Assembly: GCF_003334255.1 (NCBI RefSeq)
Contig: NZ_QOWU01000013.1
Direction: 5' to 3' (one strand)
DNA length: 64,000 nt
Source of the DNA: Escherichia coli
GTDB taxonomy: Bacteria; Pseudomonadota; Gammaproteobacteria; Enterobacterales; Enterobacteriaceae
Shown here piece by piece: positions 22,443 to 32,359 of this stretch. The notes below the pieces were generated by a model. The model saw nothing but the letters and a program-made list of their open reading frames with translations, was not told the origin of the DNA and ran no database searches. The position numbers and the translations under genes were made by a program. Numbering within the stretch: position 1 is the first letter of the stretch; each line of letters starts with the position of its first letter.

Positions 22443-23465
22443 TCAGAAAGTAATTACGCCTTTAATTAACTCACGATTGTTAATCACATCGCGCTCGTAG
22501 GTTTCTGCCAGCGTGGCGAACGGATAGCGATGGGTTAACATCATGTCAGCAGTGATTTTTCCTTCCGCCATCAGTCGACCGACTTTAGCAAAATCTTCCG
22601 GCGTGGCGTTGCGGCTGCCCATCATCGTCGTTTCTTTTTTATGGAATTCCGGATCGGAGAACTGCAACTCACCTTTAAACAGGCCGACAAATACCACCGT
22701 GCCGCCGTGACGAATCAAATTCACGGTGTTATTCATCGCATGTTGATTACCTGTCGCGTCGATCACTTTCTGCGCCAGCGAACCACCAAACTGCGCCCGT
22801 AGCTGCGCGTCAAAATCTTCGGCTGACGGGTCCAGTAAAGGTAATTCCAGACGCGTTGCCACATGTTCACGGCGCGCCGGACTGGTATCCGCCACCACCA
22901 CCTGTGCGCCATCGGCTTTAGCGATTGCCGCCGCGCCCAGACCGATTGGCCCCGCCCCGACCACCAGCACCTGCTCGCCGGGAGCAATGGCTGCGCGACG
23001 CACCGCATGAGCGCTAATAGCGAAAGGTTCAATCAATGCTGCCGCCTGCGGGTCAATACCGTCTGCGGGCAAAATGTTCGCCACCGGCACGCTCAAATAC
23101 TCACTAAAACCGCCATCCTGATGCACGCCAATGACTGAAATTTTTTCACAGCAATTGGTACGCCCGCTTTTACACGCCGGGCATTGCTGACAGGCAACAT
23201 AAGGGATCACAGCAACTTGCTGACCATTTTTAAGATCAGCAATATTTTTACCCAGCCCAACAATCTCCCCACATATTTCATGGCCTAAAACACGTGGATA
23301 ACTAAAAAATGGTTGATTTCCACCCCAGGCATGAATATCGGTACCGCAAATCCCGACAGACTTAATTTTTATTAATGCTTCATTGTCACCCGGAATAGGT
23401 ATCTCGCGTTGTTTCCAGACTAATTCTTTCGGCTGCTGGCAAATTAAAACATTCATCGTAGACAT
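22443..23465 (-). CDS. lgoD: L-galactonate 5-dehydrogenase (Zn-dependent alcohol dehydrogenase family)
   Basis: 340 aa from the ATG at 23465 (MSTMNVLICQQPKELVWKQ); GHEICGEIV zinc motif and GAGPIGLG Rossmann motif. Confidence 0.9.
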   Translation of the reverse strand: MSTMNVLICQQPKELVWKQREIPIPGDNEALIKIKSVGICGTDIHAWGGNQPFFSYPRVLGHEICGEIVGLGKNIADLKNGQQVAVIPYVACQQCPACKSGRTNCCEKISVIGVHQDGGFSEYLSVPVANILPADGIDPQAAALIEPFAISAHAVRRAAIAPGEQVLVVGAGPIGLGAAAIAKADGAQVVVADTSPARREHVATRLELPLLDPSAEDFDAQLRAQFGGSLAQKVIDATGNQHAMNNTVNLIRHGGTVVFVGLFKGELQFSDPEFHKKETTMMGSRNATPEDFAKVGRLMAEGKITADMMLTHRYPFATLAETYERDVINNRELIKGVITF

Positions 23466-23603
23466 GATTCGGCTCTCCACTTTTTGTTGCCTTAGATATC
23501 AATGAAAATGAAAAATGGCAGCGGAACGGAAAATCTTTTTTGTGAAAACACACGCATAAAAATGTTTTAAATCGGGTTTTAATGGACTCACAAGGAGGAA
23601 AAT

Positions 23604-24518
23604 ATGAGTCGTTCACAAAATTTACGCCACAATGTGATTAACCAGGTCATTGATGATATGGCGCGGGGTCATATCCCTTCCCCACTTCCATCGCAAAGTG
23701 CGCTGGCGGAAATGTACAACATCAGCCGCACCACAGTGCGTCATATTCTCAGCCACTTACGCGAATGCGGCGTCTTGACGCAGGTTGGAAACGACTATGT
23801 TATTGCGCGTAAACCTGACCATGATGACGGTTTCGCCTGTACTACCGCTTCAATGAGTGAACAAAACAAAGTGTTTGAGCAGGCTTTTTTCACGATGATA
23901 AACCAGCGCCAGTTACGCCCAGGGGAAACGTTTTCTGAACTGCAACTGGCTCGGGCCGCGGGTGTCAGCCCGGTTGTAGTAAGAGAATATCTTTTAAAAT
24001 TCGGCCGTTATAATCTTATTCACAGCGAAAAGCGCGGCCAGTGGAGCATGAAGCAATTCGATCAATCCTACGCCGAGCAGCTGTTTGAGCTACGCGAAAT
24101 GCTCGAAACACATTCACTTCAGCACTTTCTCAACCTGCCTGATCATGATCCCCGCTGGCTGCAGGCGAAAACCATGCTCGAACGTCATCGGCTACTGCGT
24201 GACAACATCGGCAATAGCTTTCGCATGTTCTCGCAACTTGACAGAGATTTTCACTCCTTACTGCTTTCAGCTGCCGACAATATCTTTTTTGATCAATCGC
24301 TTGAGATCATCTCAGTCATCTTTCATTTTCACTATCAATGGGACGAAAGCGATCTTAAACAGCGCAATATCATTGCCGTCGATGAGCATATGACCATTCT
24401 CAGCGCTCTGATTTGCCGCAGTGACCTTGATGCCACCCTTGCGCTCCGTAACCATTTGAATTCAGCTAAACAATCAATGATTCGATCCATTAATGAGAAC
24501 ACGCGTTATGCTCATTAA
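23604..24518 (+). CDS. lgoR: GntR/FadR-family transcriptional regulator
   Basis: 304 aa; N-terminal GntR-type HTH (SQSALAEMYNISRTTVRHIL). Confidence 0.9.
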   Translation: MSRSQNLRHNVINQVIDDMARGHIPSPLPSQSALAEMYNISRTTVRHILSHLRECGVLTQVGNDYVIARKPDHDDGFACTTASMSEQNKVFEQAFFTMINQRQLRPGETFSELQLARAAGVSPVVVREYLLKFGRYNLIHSEKRGQWSMKQFDQSYAEQLFELREMLETHSLQHFLNLPDHDPRWLQAKTMLERHRLLRDNIGNSFRMFSQLDRDFHSLLLSAADNIFFDQSLEIISVIFHFHYQWDESDLKQRNIIAVDEHMTILSALICRSDLDATLALRNHLNSAKQSMIRSINENTRYAH

Positions 24519-24732
24519 GTACGGATTAAAAACAGCAAACTATTAGCGGGTGCACGGTTTTATCAAAAGATAAATACCGGGAAATTCCCGCTTACCTATG
24601 CTCACAATCAGTCGACTAAAAATGTTTTTGTGAGCGGTAGTAAAGTCCTAAAACTTTAACCTGCCGTTAATGTCAACCTTGCGTAATGCACAATTACGTA
24701 AACAATTAAAATTATAAATACAGGAGTCCGGC

Positions 24733-26094
24733 GTGGAAAAAGAAAATATCACCATCGATCCGCGTTCTTCATTTACTCCATCTTCGTCGGCAGATATTCC
24801 CGTGCCACCAGATGGATTAGTTCAACGCAGTACCCGAATTAAACGCATTCAAACCACCGCCATGTTGTTATTATTTTTTGCGGCGGTAATCAATTATCTC
24901 GACCGCAGTTCGCTGTCGGTAGCAAATTTAACGATTCGTGAAGAATTGGGATTAAGTGCCACCGAAATCGGCGCTTTGCTCTCCGTGTTTTCACTCGCTT
25001 ACGGGATTGCGCAACTTCCTTGCGGCCCACTATTGGATCGTAAAGGCCCACGCCTGATGCTGGGACTGGGGATGTTCTTCTGGTCACTGTTCCAGGCAAT
25101 GTCTGGCATGGTGCACAACTTTACGCAGTTCGTGTTGGTGCGTATCGGTATGGGGATTGGTGAAGCGCCGATGAACCCATGCGGTGTAAAAGTCATTAAC
25201 GACTGGTTCAACATCAAAGAGCGCGGACGCCCGATGGGCTTCTTCAACGCAGCTTCTACCATTGGCGTTGCCGTAAGCCCACCGATTCTGGCGGCGATGA
25301 TGCTGGTGATGGGCTGGCGCGGGATGTTTATTACCATTGGTGTACTGGGGATTTTTCTCGCCATCGGCTGGTATATGCTCTATCGCAACCGCGAGCACGT
25401 AGAACTGACTGCCGTTGAGCAAGCTTATCTCAATGCAGGTAGCGTCAATGCCCGCCGAGATCCGCTCAGTTTTGCCGAATGGCGCAGCCTGTTCCGTAAC
25501 CGTACAATGTGGGGAATGATGCTCGGATTCAGTGGCATCAACTACACTGCGTGGCTGTATCTGGCCTGGCTTCCTGGTTACCTGCAAACAGCCTATAACC
25601 TGGATTTAAAAAGCACAGGGTTGATGGCGGCTATCCCTTTCCTGTTTGGGGCTGCCGGGATGCTGGTCAACGGTTACGTTACCGACTGGCTGGTCAAAGG
25701 GGGAATGGCTCCGATTAAAAGCCGTAAGATCTGCATTATTGCCGGGATGTTCTGTTCTGCCGCCTTTACGCTGATAGTACCACAAGCGACAACATCCATG
25801 ACGGCGGTTCTGCTGATTGGCATGGCACTGTTCTGTATTCACTTTGCCGGAACATCCTGCTGGGGCTTGATCCACGTCGCAGTTGCTTCTCGCATGACTG
25901 CGTCGGTGGGCAGTATCCAGAACTTTGCCAGCTTCATCTGCGCCTCTTTTGCGCCGATCATTACTGGTTTTATTGTTGATACCACCCACTCATTCCGTCT
26001 GGCACTAATCATCTGCGGTTGCGTCACCGCAGCGGGGGCACTGGCGTACATCTTCCTGGTTCGTCAGCCGATCAACGACCCACGTAAAGATTAA
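24733..26094 (+). CDS. lgoT: MFS transporter (L-galactonate:H+ symporter)
   Basis: 453 aa; GTG start with CAGGAG ribosome-binding site; multiple transmembrane segments. Confidence 0.9.
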   Translation: MEKENITIDPRSSFTPSSSADIPVPPDGLVQRSTRIKRIQTTAMLLLFFAAVINYLDRSSLSVANLTIREELGLSATEIGALLSVFSLAYGIAQLPCGPLLDRKGPRLMLGLGMFFWSLFQAMSGMVHNFTQFVLVRIGMGIGEAPMNPCGVKVINDWFNIKERGRPMGFFNAASTIGVAVSPPILAAMMLVMGWRGMFITIGVLGIFLAIGWYMLYRNREHVELTAVEQAYLNAGSVNARRDPLSFAEWRSLFRNRTMWGMMLGFSGINYTAWLYLAWLPGYLQTAYNLDLKSTGLMAAIPFLFGAAGMLVNGYVTDWLVKGGMAPIKSRKICIIAGMFCSAAFTLIVPQATTSMTAVLLIGMALFCIHFAGTSCWGLIHVAVASRMTASVGSIQNFASFICASFAPIITGFIVDTTHSFRLALIICGCVTAAGALAYIFLVRQPINDPRKD

Positions 26095-26103
26095 TCTCCT
26101 TAT

Positions 26104-26137
26104 GCCCGATAACATTTTGCTTATCGGGCATTTTCAT
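26104..26137 (+). terminator. Rho-independent terminator after lgoT
   Basis: gcccgataa-cattttgc-ttatcgggc hairpin (9-bp stem) followed by ATTTTCAT. Confidence 0.6.
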
Positions 26138-26142
26138 GGCGA

Positions 26143-27798
26143 TTAAAATGTTTCCCAGTTCTCCTCGCTATCTGCCACGGCCATTTTACGCGGCGCAGCT
26201 GGCGTCACGGTTTTTACCACAGCCGATGTTTCACGCTGCTGTTGCTGAATCCGGAACACTGCCACTGCTTCGGTCAGGCGACTGGCCTGCTCTTCCAGCG
26301 CGGCGGCGGCAGCGGCAGACTCTTCCACCAGCGCGGCGTTCTGTTGAGTTACCCGGTCCATCTCAGCAACCGCTAAGCCAACCTGATCGATACCACGGCT
26401 CTGCTCATCAGAAGCAGAAGCAATTTCGCCCATAATGTCCGTCACGCGGGTCACGGCGCTGACAATCTCCGCCATTGTTTCCCCGGCGCTTTCGACCAGC
26501 GTAGAGCCAACATCCACTTTCCCCACCGAGTCTTCAATCAGGCTTTTAATTTCACGAGCCGCCTGGGCGCTGCGCTGGGCCAGATTACGCACTTCTCCCG
26601 CGACCACCGCAAAACCGCGCCCTTGCTCACCCGCACGCGCAGCCTCAACCGCCGCGTTCAAAGCCAGAATATTGGTCTGGAAGGCAATGCCGTCAATTAC
26701 GCTGATAATATCGGCGATTTTCTGCGAACTGGTGGAGATATCGCGCATAGTCTGCACCACGTTATCTACCACTTTACCGCCGCGTTGCGCCGTTTCAGAA
26801 GCACTTAACGCCAGATGGCTGGCCTGGCGCGCATTTTCGGCGTTCTGCTTCACCGTTGCGGTCAGTTGCTCCATGCTGGCTGCCGTCTCTTCCAGCGAAG
26901 CGGCCTGTTGCTCGGTGCGCGAAGAGAGATCGTTATTGCCGGTGGCGATTTCGCTGGCACCGCTATAGATGGCATTGGCCCCGTTGCGCACATCACCGAC
27001 GGTACGCATCAGCTCTCCCTGCATATGGCGCAAACTCTCTGCCAGTTGCCCCATCTCATTAGAGCCATCCACCTCAATCGGTTTCACCAGATCGCCGCCT
27101 GCAATATGACGAATGCTGTCAATCAGGCGATTCATTGGCGCTACCAGCGAGGCTTTAATACCGAACCAGACGGCGAAGATGACCGCCAGTACGACGATCA
27201 TCACGCCCACCAGAATCCACATCGCCTGGCTGTAGGAGGCATTGTTATCGCTGACGGCGATATCATGGAGCCGATCGTTTTGCTCCATGTAAGCCACATA
27301 CTGCTTCTCGAAACCGTCCTGATATCCCTGGGTCGGCTGATCAAAGAACTCGTTGATTTTGCCTGCACCTAACAGTTGGATCAGCTCCGCCAGCGCATTG
27401 TGATAAATATCGTAATTACGTTTGATCTCTGCCGCTGCGGCGGTGCTCTGACGCGGGTCACGCGGCAACGCTTCGTAATCCGCCCAGTTTTTTTCCGCCT
27501 GTTTCAGCGAAATACTGGCACTCTCCATCAGCTCAGCAACGGTTGAACCGCTACCAATATTATTCTGATCCATCATGTAGCGGATACCCGCGCGGTTGAG
27601 GGTGTTACGCGTCTGCAACAACGCGACCCAGCTGCCATTCAGCGTGGATTGCTGCTGGCGAATGGTTTGTAAAACAGTGAAATTTTCTTTGTCATTCTTT
27701 AAGGCATTAAAGAACAGACCGCCTGATGTCAGTTGTAAAAGGCCAAAAACGGCCAAAACCAGCAGTAAGCTGGTCACAATTTTGATACGTTTTAACAT
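26143..27798 (-). CDS. tsr: Methyl-accepting chemotaxis protein I (serine receptor)
   Basis: 551 aa; N-terminal TM-periplasmic-TM-HAMP organisation, C-terminal MCP signalling domain ending in the NWETF pentapeptide. Confidence 0.95.
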   Translation of the reverse strand: MLKRIKIVTSLLLVLAVFGLLQLTSGGLFFNALKNDKENFTVLQTIRQQQSTLNGSWVALLQTRNTLNRAGIRYMMDQNNIGSGSTVAELMESASISLKQAEKNWADYEALPRDPRQSTAAAAEIKRNYDIYHNALAELIQLLGAGKINEFFDQPTQGYQDGFEKQYVAYMEQNDRLHDIAVSDNNASYSQAMWILVGVMIVVLAVIFAVWFGIKASLVAPMNRLIDSIRHIAGGDLVKPIEVDGSNEMGQLAESLRHMQGELMRTVGDVRNGANAIYSGASEIATGNNDLSSRTEQQAASLEETAASMEQLTATVKQNAENARQASHLALSASETAQRGGKVVDNVVQTMRDISTSSQKIADIISVIDGIAFQTNILALNAAVEAARAGEQGRGFAVVAGEVRNLAQRSAQAAREIKSLIEDSVGKVDVGSTLVESAGETMAEIVSAVTRVTDIMGEIASASDEQSRGIDQVGLAVAEMDRVTQQNAALVEESAAAAAALEEQASRLTEAVAVFRIQQQQRETSAVVKTVTPAAPRKMAVADSEENWETF

Positions 27799-27828
27799 GG
27801 TTTCTCTTTCCTGTGGACCGATGCAAGA

Positions 27829-27855
27829 TTTTCGGCCTGGAAAGGAAAAACTTTA
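27829..27855 (-). promoter_or_regulatory. Sigma-28 (FliA) promoter of tsr
   Basis: Minus strand reads TAAAGTTT-N11-GCCGAAAA against the sigma-28 consensus TAAAGTTT-N11-GCCGATAA; about 30 bp upstream of the tsr start. Confidence 0.6.
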
Positions 27856-28011
27856 TGAATATCCCGCGGAGATTACGCCGAGTGAATTTTATTCACACTC
27901 TGAATTTAAAAAGCCATTATTTACATAAATTATTCACAATATAAATATGTGATATGAATCACATATTTATCGTCACTTAAACGACGCCTTTGCCGCTCAA
28001 CCGCAAAACTG

Positions 28012-28040
28012 ACCGCTTACATCCCTAAAATAACCACTCA
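28012..28040 (+). promoter_or_regulatory. BtsR (YehT) binding site in the btsT promoter
   Basis: Direct repeat ACCGCTTA-N13-ACCACTCA, matching the reported ACC(G/A)CT(C/T)A-N13 direct-repeat motif upstream of yjiY/btsT. Confidence 0.6.
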
Positions 28041-28175
28041 GTTATTTACCTTACTTTACGCGCGCGTAACTCTGGCAACATCACTACAGGATAGCGGTCA
28101 ATTTACCTCCTCAAACGCAACGCAAACCTAGAACGGCTTCGGCCAACTATTAATCAATACATGCCAGGTTTTACT

Positions 28176-30326
28176 ATGGATACTAAAAAGATATTCAAGC
28201 ACATACCCTGGGTGATTCTCGGAATCATCGGTGCATTCTGCCTCGCGGTAGTTGCATTACGTCGGGGGGAGCACATCAGCGCCCTGTGGATCGTGGTCGC
28301 CTCTGTATCGGTGTATCTGGTGGCGTATCGCTACTACAGTCTGTACATCGCCCAGAAGGTGATGAAACTCGACCCCACGCGCGCGACGCCTGCGGTTATT
28401 AACAACGACGGTCTGAACTACGTTCCGACCAACCGTTACGTGTTGTTTGGTCACCACTTCGCCGCTATCGCCGGTGCTGGTCCGCTGGTGGGTCCGGTTC
28501 TCGCCGCGCAGATGGGCTACCTGCCTGGCACGCTGTGGCTGCTGGCGGGGGTCGTGCTGGCCGGTGCGGTTCAGGACTTTATGGTGCTGTTTATCTCCTC
28601 TCGCCGTAATGGCGCATCTCTTGGTGAGATGATCAAAGAAGAGATGGGACCAGTACCGGGGACTATCGCGCTGTTTGGCTGTTTCTTAATCATGATCATC
28701 ATCCTCGCCGTCCTGGCGCTGATTGTGGTTAAAGCCCTGGCCGAAAGTCCGTGGGGTGTCTTCACCGTTTGCTCAACCGTACCGATTGCGCTGTTTATGG
28801 GTATCTACATGCGCTTTATTCGTCCGGGGCGTGTGGGTGAAGTCTCTGTCATTGGTATCGTGCTGCTGGTTGCCTCTATCTACTTCGGTGGCGTGATTGC
28901 TCACGATCCGTACTGGGGTCCGGCACTGACCTTTAAAGACACCACCATTACCTTCGCGCTGATTGGCTATGCGTTTGTTTCCGCACTGCTGCCAGTGTGG
29001 CTGATCCTCGCACCGCGCGACTATCTGGCAACCTTCCTGAAAATCGGCGTTATCGTCGGCCTGGCGCTGGGTATCGTGGTGCTGAACCCGGAACTGAAAA
29101 TGCCTGCCATGACCCAGTACATTGACGGTACTGGCCCGCTGTGGAAAGGCGCTCTGTTCCCGTTCCTGTTCATCACCATCGCCTGTGGTGCGGTATCTGG
29201 CTTCCACGCGCTGATCTCTTCCGGTACGACGCCAAAACTGCTGGCTAATGAAACCGACGCGCGTTTCATCGGCTACGGCGCAATGCTGATGGAGTCCTTC
29301 GTGGCGATTATGGCGCTGGTTGCTGCGTCCATCATCGAACCGGGTCTTTACTTCGCGATGAACACCCCGCCTGCTGGCCTTGGCATCACCATGCCTAACC
29401 TGCATGAAATGGGTGGCGAGAACGCGCCGATCATCATGGCGCAGCTGAAAGACGTTACCGCACACGCGGCAGCGACCGTCAGCTCCTGGGGCTTCGTGAT
29501 TTCGCCAGGGCAGATCCTGCAAACCGCGAAAGACATTGGTGAGCCTTCTGTCCTGAACCGTGCAGGTGGCGCGCCGACGCTGGCGGTAGGTATCGCGCAC
29601 GTGTTCCACAAAGTGCTGCCGATGGCTGACATGGGCTTCTGGTATCACTTCGGTATTCTGTTCGAAGCCCTGTTCATCCTGACCGCGCTGGATGCGGGTA
29701 CCCGTTCTGGCCGCTTTATGCTGCAAGACCTGCTGGGTAACTTTATCCCGTTCCTGAAAAAAACCGACTCTCTGGTTGCCGGTATCATTGGTACTGCGGG
29801 CTGTGTGGGTCTGTGGGGCTACCTGCTGTATCAGGGCGTGGTCGATCCGCTGGGCGGCGTTAAGAGCCTGTGGCCGCTGTTCGGTATCTCCAACCAGATG
29901 CTGGCAGCCGTAGCGCTGGTACTGGGCACCGTTGTGCTGATTAAGATGAAGCGCACCCAATACATCTGGGTAACTGTTGTTCCGGCTGTATGGCTGCTTA
30001 TCTGCACCACCTGGGCGCTGGGCCTGAAACTGTTCAGCACCAACCCGCAGATGGAAGGCTTCTTCTACATGGCAAGCCAGTACAAAGAGAAGATTGCTAA
30101 CGGTACTGACCTGACGGCGCAGCAGATTGCCAATATGAACCACATCGTTGTGAACAACTACACCAACGCAGGTCTGAGTATTCTGTTCCTGATTGTGGTG
30201 TACAGCATCATCTTCTACGGTTTCAAAACCTGGCTTGCGGTGCGTAACAGCGACAAACGTACTGACAAAGAAACACCGTACGTTCCAATCCCGGAAGGCG
30301 GCGTGAAGATCTCTTCGCACCACTAA
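28176..30326 (+). CDS. btsT: Pyruvate/H+ symporter (CstA family)
   Basis: 716 aa from the ATG at 28176 (MDTKKIFKHIPWVILGIIGAF); polytopic membrane protein. Confidence 0.9.
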   Translation: MDTKKIFKHIPWVILGIIGAFCLAVVALRRGEHISALWIVVASVSVYLVAYRYYSLYIAQKVMKLDPTRATPAVINNDGLNYVPTNRYVLFGHHFAAIAGAGPLVGPVLAAQMGYLPGTLWLLAGVVLAGAVQDFMVLFISSRRNGASLGEMIKEEMGPVPGTIALFGCFLIMIIILAVLALIVVKALAESPWGVFTVCSTVPIALFMGIYMRFIRPGRVGEVSVIGIVLLVASIYFGGVIAHDPYWGPALTFKDTTITFALIGYAFVSALLPVWLILAPRDYLATFLKIGVIVGLALGIVVLNPELKMPAMTQYIDGTGPLWKGALFPFLFITIACGAVSGFHALISSGTTPKLLANETDARFIGYGAMLMESFVAIMALVAASIIEPGLYFAMNTPPAGLGITMPNLHEMGGENAPIIMAQLKDVTAHAAATVSSWGFVISPGQILQTAKDIGEPSVLNRAGGAPTLAVGIAHVFHKVLPMADMGFWYHFGILFEALFILTALDAGTRSGRFMLQDLLGNFIPFLKKTDSLVAGIIGTAGCVGLWGYLLYQGVVDPLGGVKSLWPLFGISNQMLAAVALVLGTVVLIKMKRTQYIWVTVVPAVWLLICTTWALGLKLFSTNPQMEGFFYMASQYKEKIANGTDLTAQQIANMNHIVVNNYTNAGLSILFLIVVYSIIFYGFKTWLAVRNSDKRTDKETPYVPIPEGGVKISSHH

Positions 30327-30334
30327 CCGTGTTT

Positions 30335-30362
30335 AGCCCCGCTTCGGCGGGGCTTTGTTCTT
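30335..30362 (+). terminator. Hairpin/terminator between btsT and yjiX
   Basis: agccccgc-ttcg-gcggggct hairpin followed by TTGTTCTT. Confidence 0.5.
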
Positions 30363-30375
30363 ATCAGAGTGAACT

Positions 30376-30579
30376 ATGTTTGGTAACTTAGGACAGGCAA
30401 AAAAATATCTCGGCCAGGCGGCGAAGATGTTGATTGGCATTCCAGACTACGACAACTACGTCGAGCATATGAAGACCAACCATCCCGACAAGCCGTACAT
30501 GAGCTATGAAGAATTCTTCCGCGAACGCCAGAACGCGCGCTACGGCGGCGATGGTAAAGGCGGTATGCGCTGTTGTTAA
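30376..30579 (+). CDS. yjiX: Small DUF466-family protein associated with btsT
   Basis: 67 aa ([33 protein letters not shown]...). Confidence 0.85.
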
Positions 30580-30589
30580 TGGAGAGAGC

Positions 30590-31546
30590 ATGAACCCGAT
30601 TGCAGTTACCCTACTCACCGGTTTTTTAGGCGCAGGAAAAACCACCCTGCTGCGCCATATTCTTAACGAACAGCACGGCTACAAGATTGCCGTGATTGAA
30701 AACGAATTCGGCGAAGTCTCTGTTGATGATCAACTGATTGGCGACCGCGCCACGCAGATCAAAACGCTGACCAACGGCTGCATCTGCTGTTCGCGCTCCA
30801 ACGAGCTGGAGGACGCGCTACTCGACCTGCTGGACAATCTCGACAAGGGCAATATTCAGTTCGACCGTCTGGTCATTGAATGCACCGGTATGGCCGATCC
30901 CGGCCCGATTATTCAGACCTTTTTCTCCCATGAGATTTTATGCCAGCGCTACCTGCTGGATGGCGTGATTGCGCTGGTGGATGCGGTACATGCCGATGAG
31001 CAGATGAACCAGTTCACCATCGCCCAGTCCCAGGTGGGCTACGCTGACCGTATTCTGCTGACTAAAACCGACGTCGCAGGCGAAGTAGAGAAACTGCGTG
31101 AACGCCTGGCGCGCATCAACGCCCGCGCACCGGTCTACACCGTCACCCACGGTGACATCGACCTGGGCCTGTTGTTCAACACCAACGGTTTTATGCTGGA
31201 AGAAAACGTCGTCAGCACCAAACCGCGTTTCCACTTTATCGCGGATAAACAAAACGATATTTCGTCGATTGTGGTGGAACTGGATTACCCGGTAGATATC
31301 AGCGAAGTTTCCCGCGTGATGGAAAACCTGCTGCTGGAATCGGCAGATAAACTGCTGCGTTACAAAGGGATGCTGTGGATTGACGGCGAACCTAACCGCC
31401 TGCTGTTCCAGGGCGTCCAGCGCCTCTACAGCGCCGACTGGGACAGGCCATGGGGCGATGAAAAACCGCATAGCACCATGGTGTTTATCGGGATTCAGCT
31501 GCCGGAGGATAAGATTCGGGCGGCGTTTGCTGGGTTGAGGAAGTAA
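30590..31546 (+). CDS. yjiA: CobW/P47K-family GTPase
   Basis: 318 aa from the ATG at 30590 (MNPIAVTLLTGFLGAGKTTLL, P-loop) with CICC metal motif; ORF track extends upstream in the same frame. Confidence 0.9.
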   Translation: MNPIAVTLLTGFLGAGKTTLLRHILNEQHGYKIAVIENEFGEVSVDDQLIGDRATQIKTLTNGCICCSRSNELEDALLDLLDNLDKGNIQFDRLVIECTGMADPGPIIQTFFSHEILCQRYLLDGVIALVDAVHADEQMNQFTIAQSQVGYADRILLTKTDVAGEVEKLRERLARINARAPVYTVTHGDIDLGLLFNTNGFMLEENVVSTKPRFHFIADKQNDISSIVVELDYPVDISEVSRVMENLLLESADKLLRYKGMLWIDGEPNRLLFQGVQRLYSADWDRPWGDEKPHSTMVFIGIQLPEDKIRAAFAGLRK

Positions 31547-31564
31547 TTTTGGATGATGGATGAT

Positions 31565-31597
31565 GGCCGCCATGTGGCGGCCTGAATTATTTTTTGT
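31565..31597 (+). terminator. Hairpin/terminator after yjiA (convergent with brnA)
   Basis: ggccgcc-atgt-ggcggcc hairpin followed by TGAATTATTTTTTG. Confidence 0.5.
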
Positions 31598-31889
31598 TCT
31601 GATCGCGCAGCATCGCTTCACGTAAAATTGCGTTCAGGCGAGTTTGATAGCCTTTACCAGGTCGCTTCAGCCATTCCATCACATCAGCATCAATACGCAC
31701 CGAAGCCTGGGTTTTCAATGGCCGATAAAACTTACCGCGTTCTGCGTTAGACCATTGCTCATCGCTGGAAGGTGGGATATCGCTGTAATCAATCTCTTCG
31801 TCGGATTTATTCGCCAGCGCCTTCAATTCGGCCTCATGCTGCACATCGAGTGTAGAGGAGGTCCCTCGTTTATGTTTAACCATGCTCAT
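31587..31889 (-). CDS. BrnA-like antitoxin (type II TA)
   Basis: About 100 aa from the ATG at 31889 (MSMVKHKRGTSSTLDVQHEAELKALANKSDEEIDYSDIPP...), GGAG ribosome-binding site 5 nt upstream; overlaps the toxin 3' end by 14 nt. Family assigned by resemblance, not alignment. Confidence 0.65.
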   Translation of the reverse strand: MSMVKHKRGTSSTLDVQHEAELKALANKSDEEIDYSDIPPSSDEQWSNAERGKFYRPLKTQASVRIDADVMEWLKRPGKGYQTRLNAILREAMLRDQNKK

Positions 31890-32163
31890 AGCGACTCCTC
31901 TCTTTACGATCTGCTTTTCGTGCACTGATGATTCGAATAATTTCATTTCCGCTTTCGAAACGGATGGTATGCGCAACCAGAATAACCACGATACCGTGAA
32001 CCACGCCGATAGTCTGCCAGCGATACTCACCGTTTTCTATGCGATCTTGCTGTGACAAATGTTGTGGATCATCAAACACCAACACCGCATCTTCAAAGCG
32101 GATGCCATGTTTCACCCGATTACTTTTGGCCTTGTTTGCATCCCATTCAAACTCCATTGGCAT
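31876..32163 (-). CDS. BrnT-like toxin (DUF497 ribonuclease family, type II TA)
   Basis: About 95 aa from the ATG at 32163 (MPMEFEWDANKAKSNRVKHGIRFEDAVLVFDDP...); toxin-first order with overlapping antitoxin, as in BrnT/BrnA modules. Confidence 0.65.
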   Translation of the reverse strand: MPMEFEWDANKAKSNRVKHGIRFEDAVLVFDDPQHLSQQDRIENGEYRWQTIGVVHGIVVILVAHTIRFESGNEIIRIISARKADRKERSRYEHG

Positions 32164-32178
32164 AGTTGCCATCCCTAA

Positions 32179-32190
32179 TTGTATATACAA
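32179..32190. promoter_or_regulatory. Perfect 12-bp palindrome upstream of brnT (candidate autoregulatory operator)
   Basis: ttgtatatacaa, 16 nt upstream of the brnT start codon within an AT-rich region. Confidence 0.35.
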
Positions 32191-32359
32191 AAATGTATCT
32201 ACAATTATTCTGCAATTATAGCGTTGATGTTGGAAATAGCATCACGTTTTGGATAATCAACCATGAAATTGACAATGAGTAAGTTGGACTTGATTCATCC
32301 AATAGAATTTCTCGCCTGACATGGCACACTAAACACCTCGCTGTCGTTAAGGGATTACC

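Noticed and set aside
28773-30323. 516-aa minus-strand ORF antisense to btsT, and similar long antisense ORFs (9051..10541 opposite prfC, 26435..27372 opposite tsr)
   Set aside because: Each lies fully inside a strongly supported gene on the other strand and has Arg/His/Gln-rich composition with no recognisable motifs.
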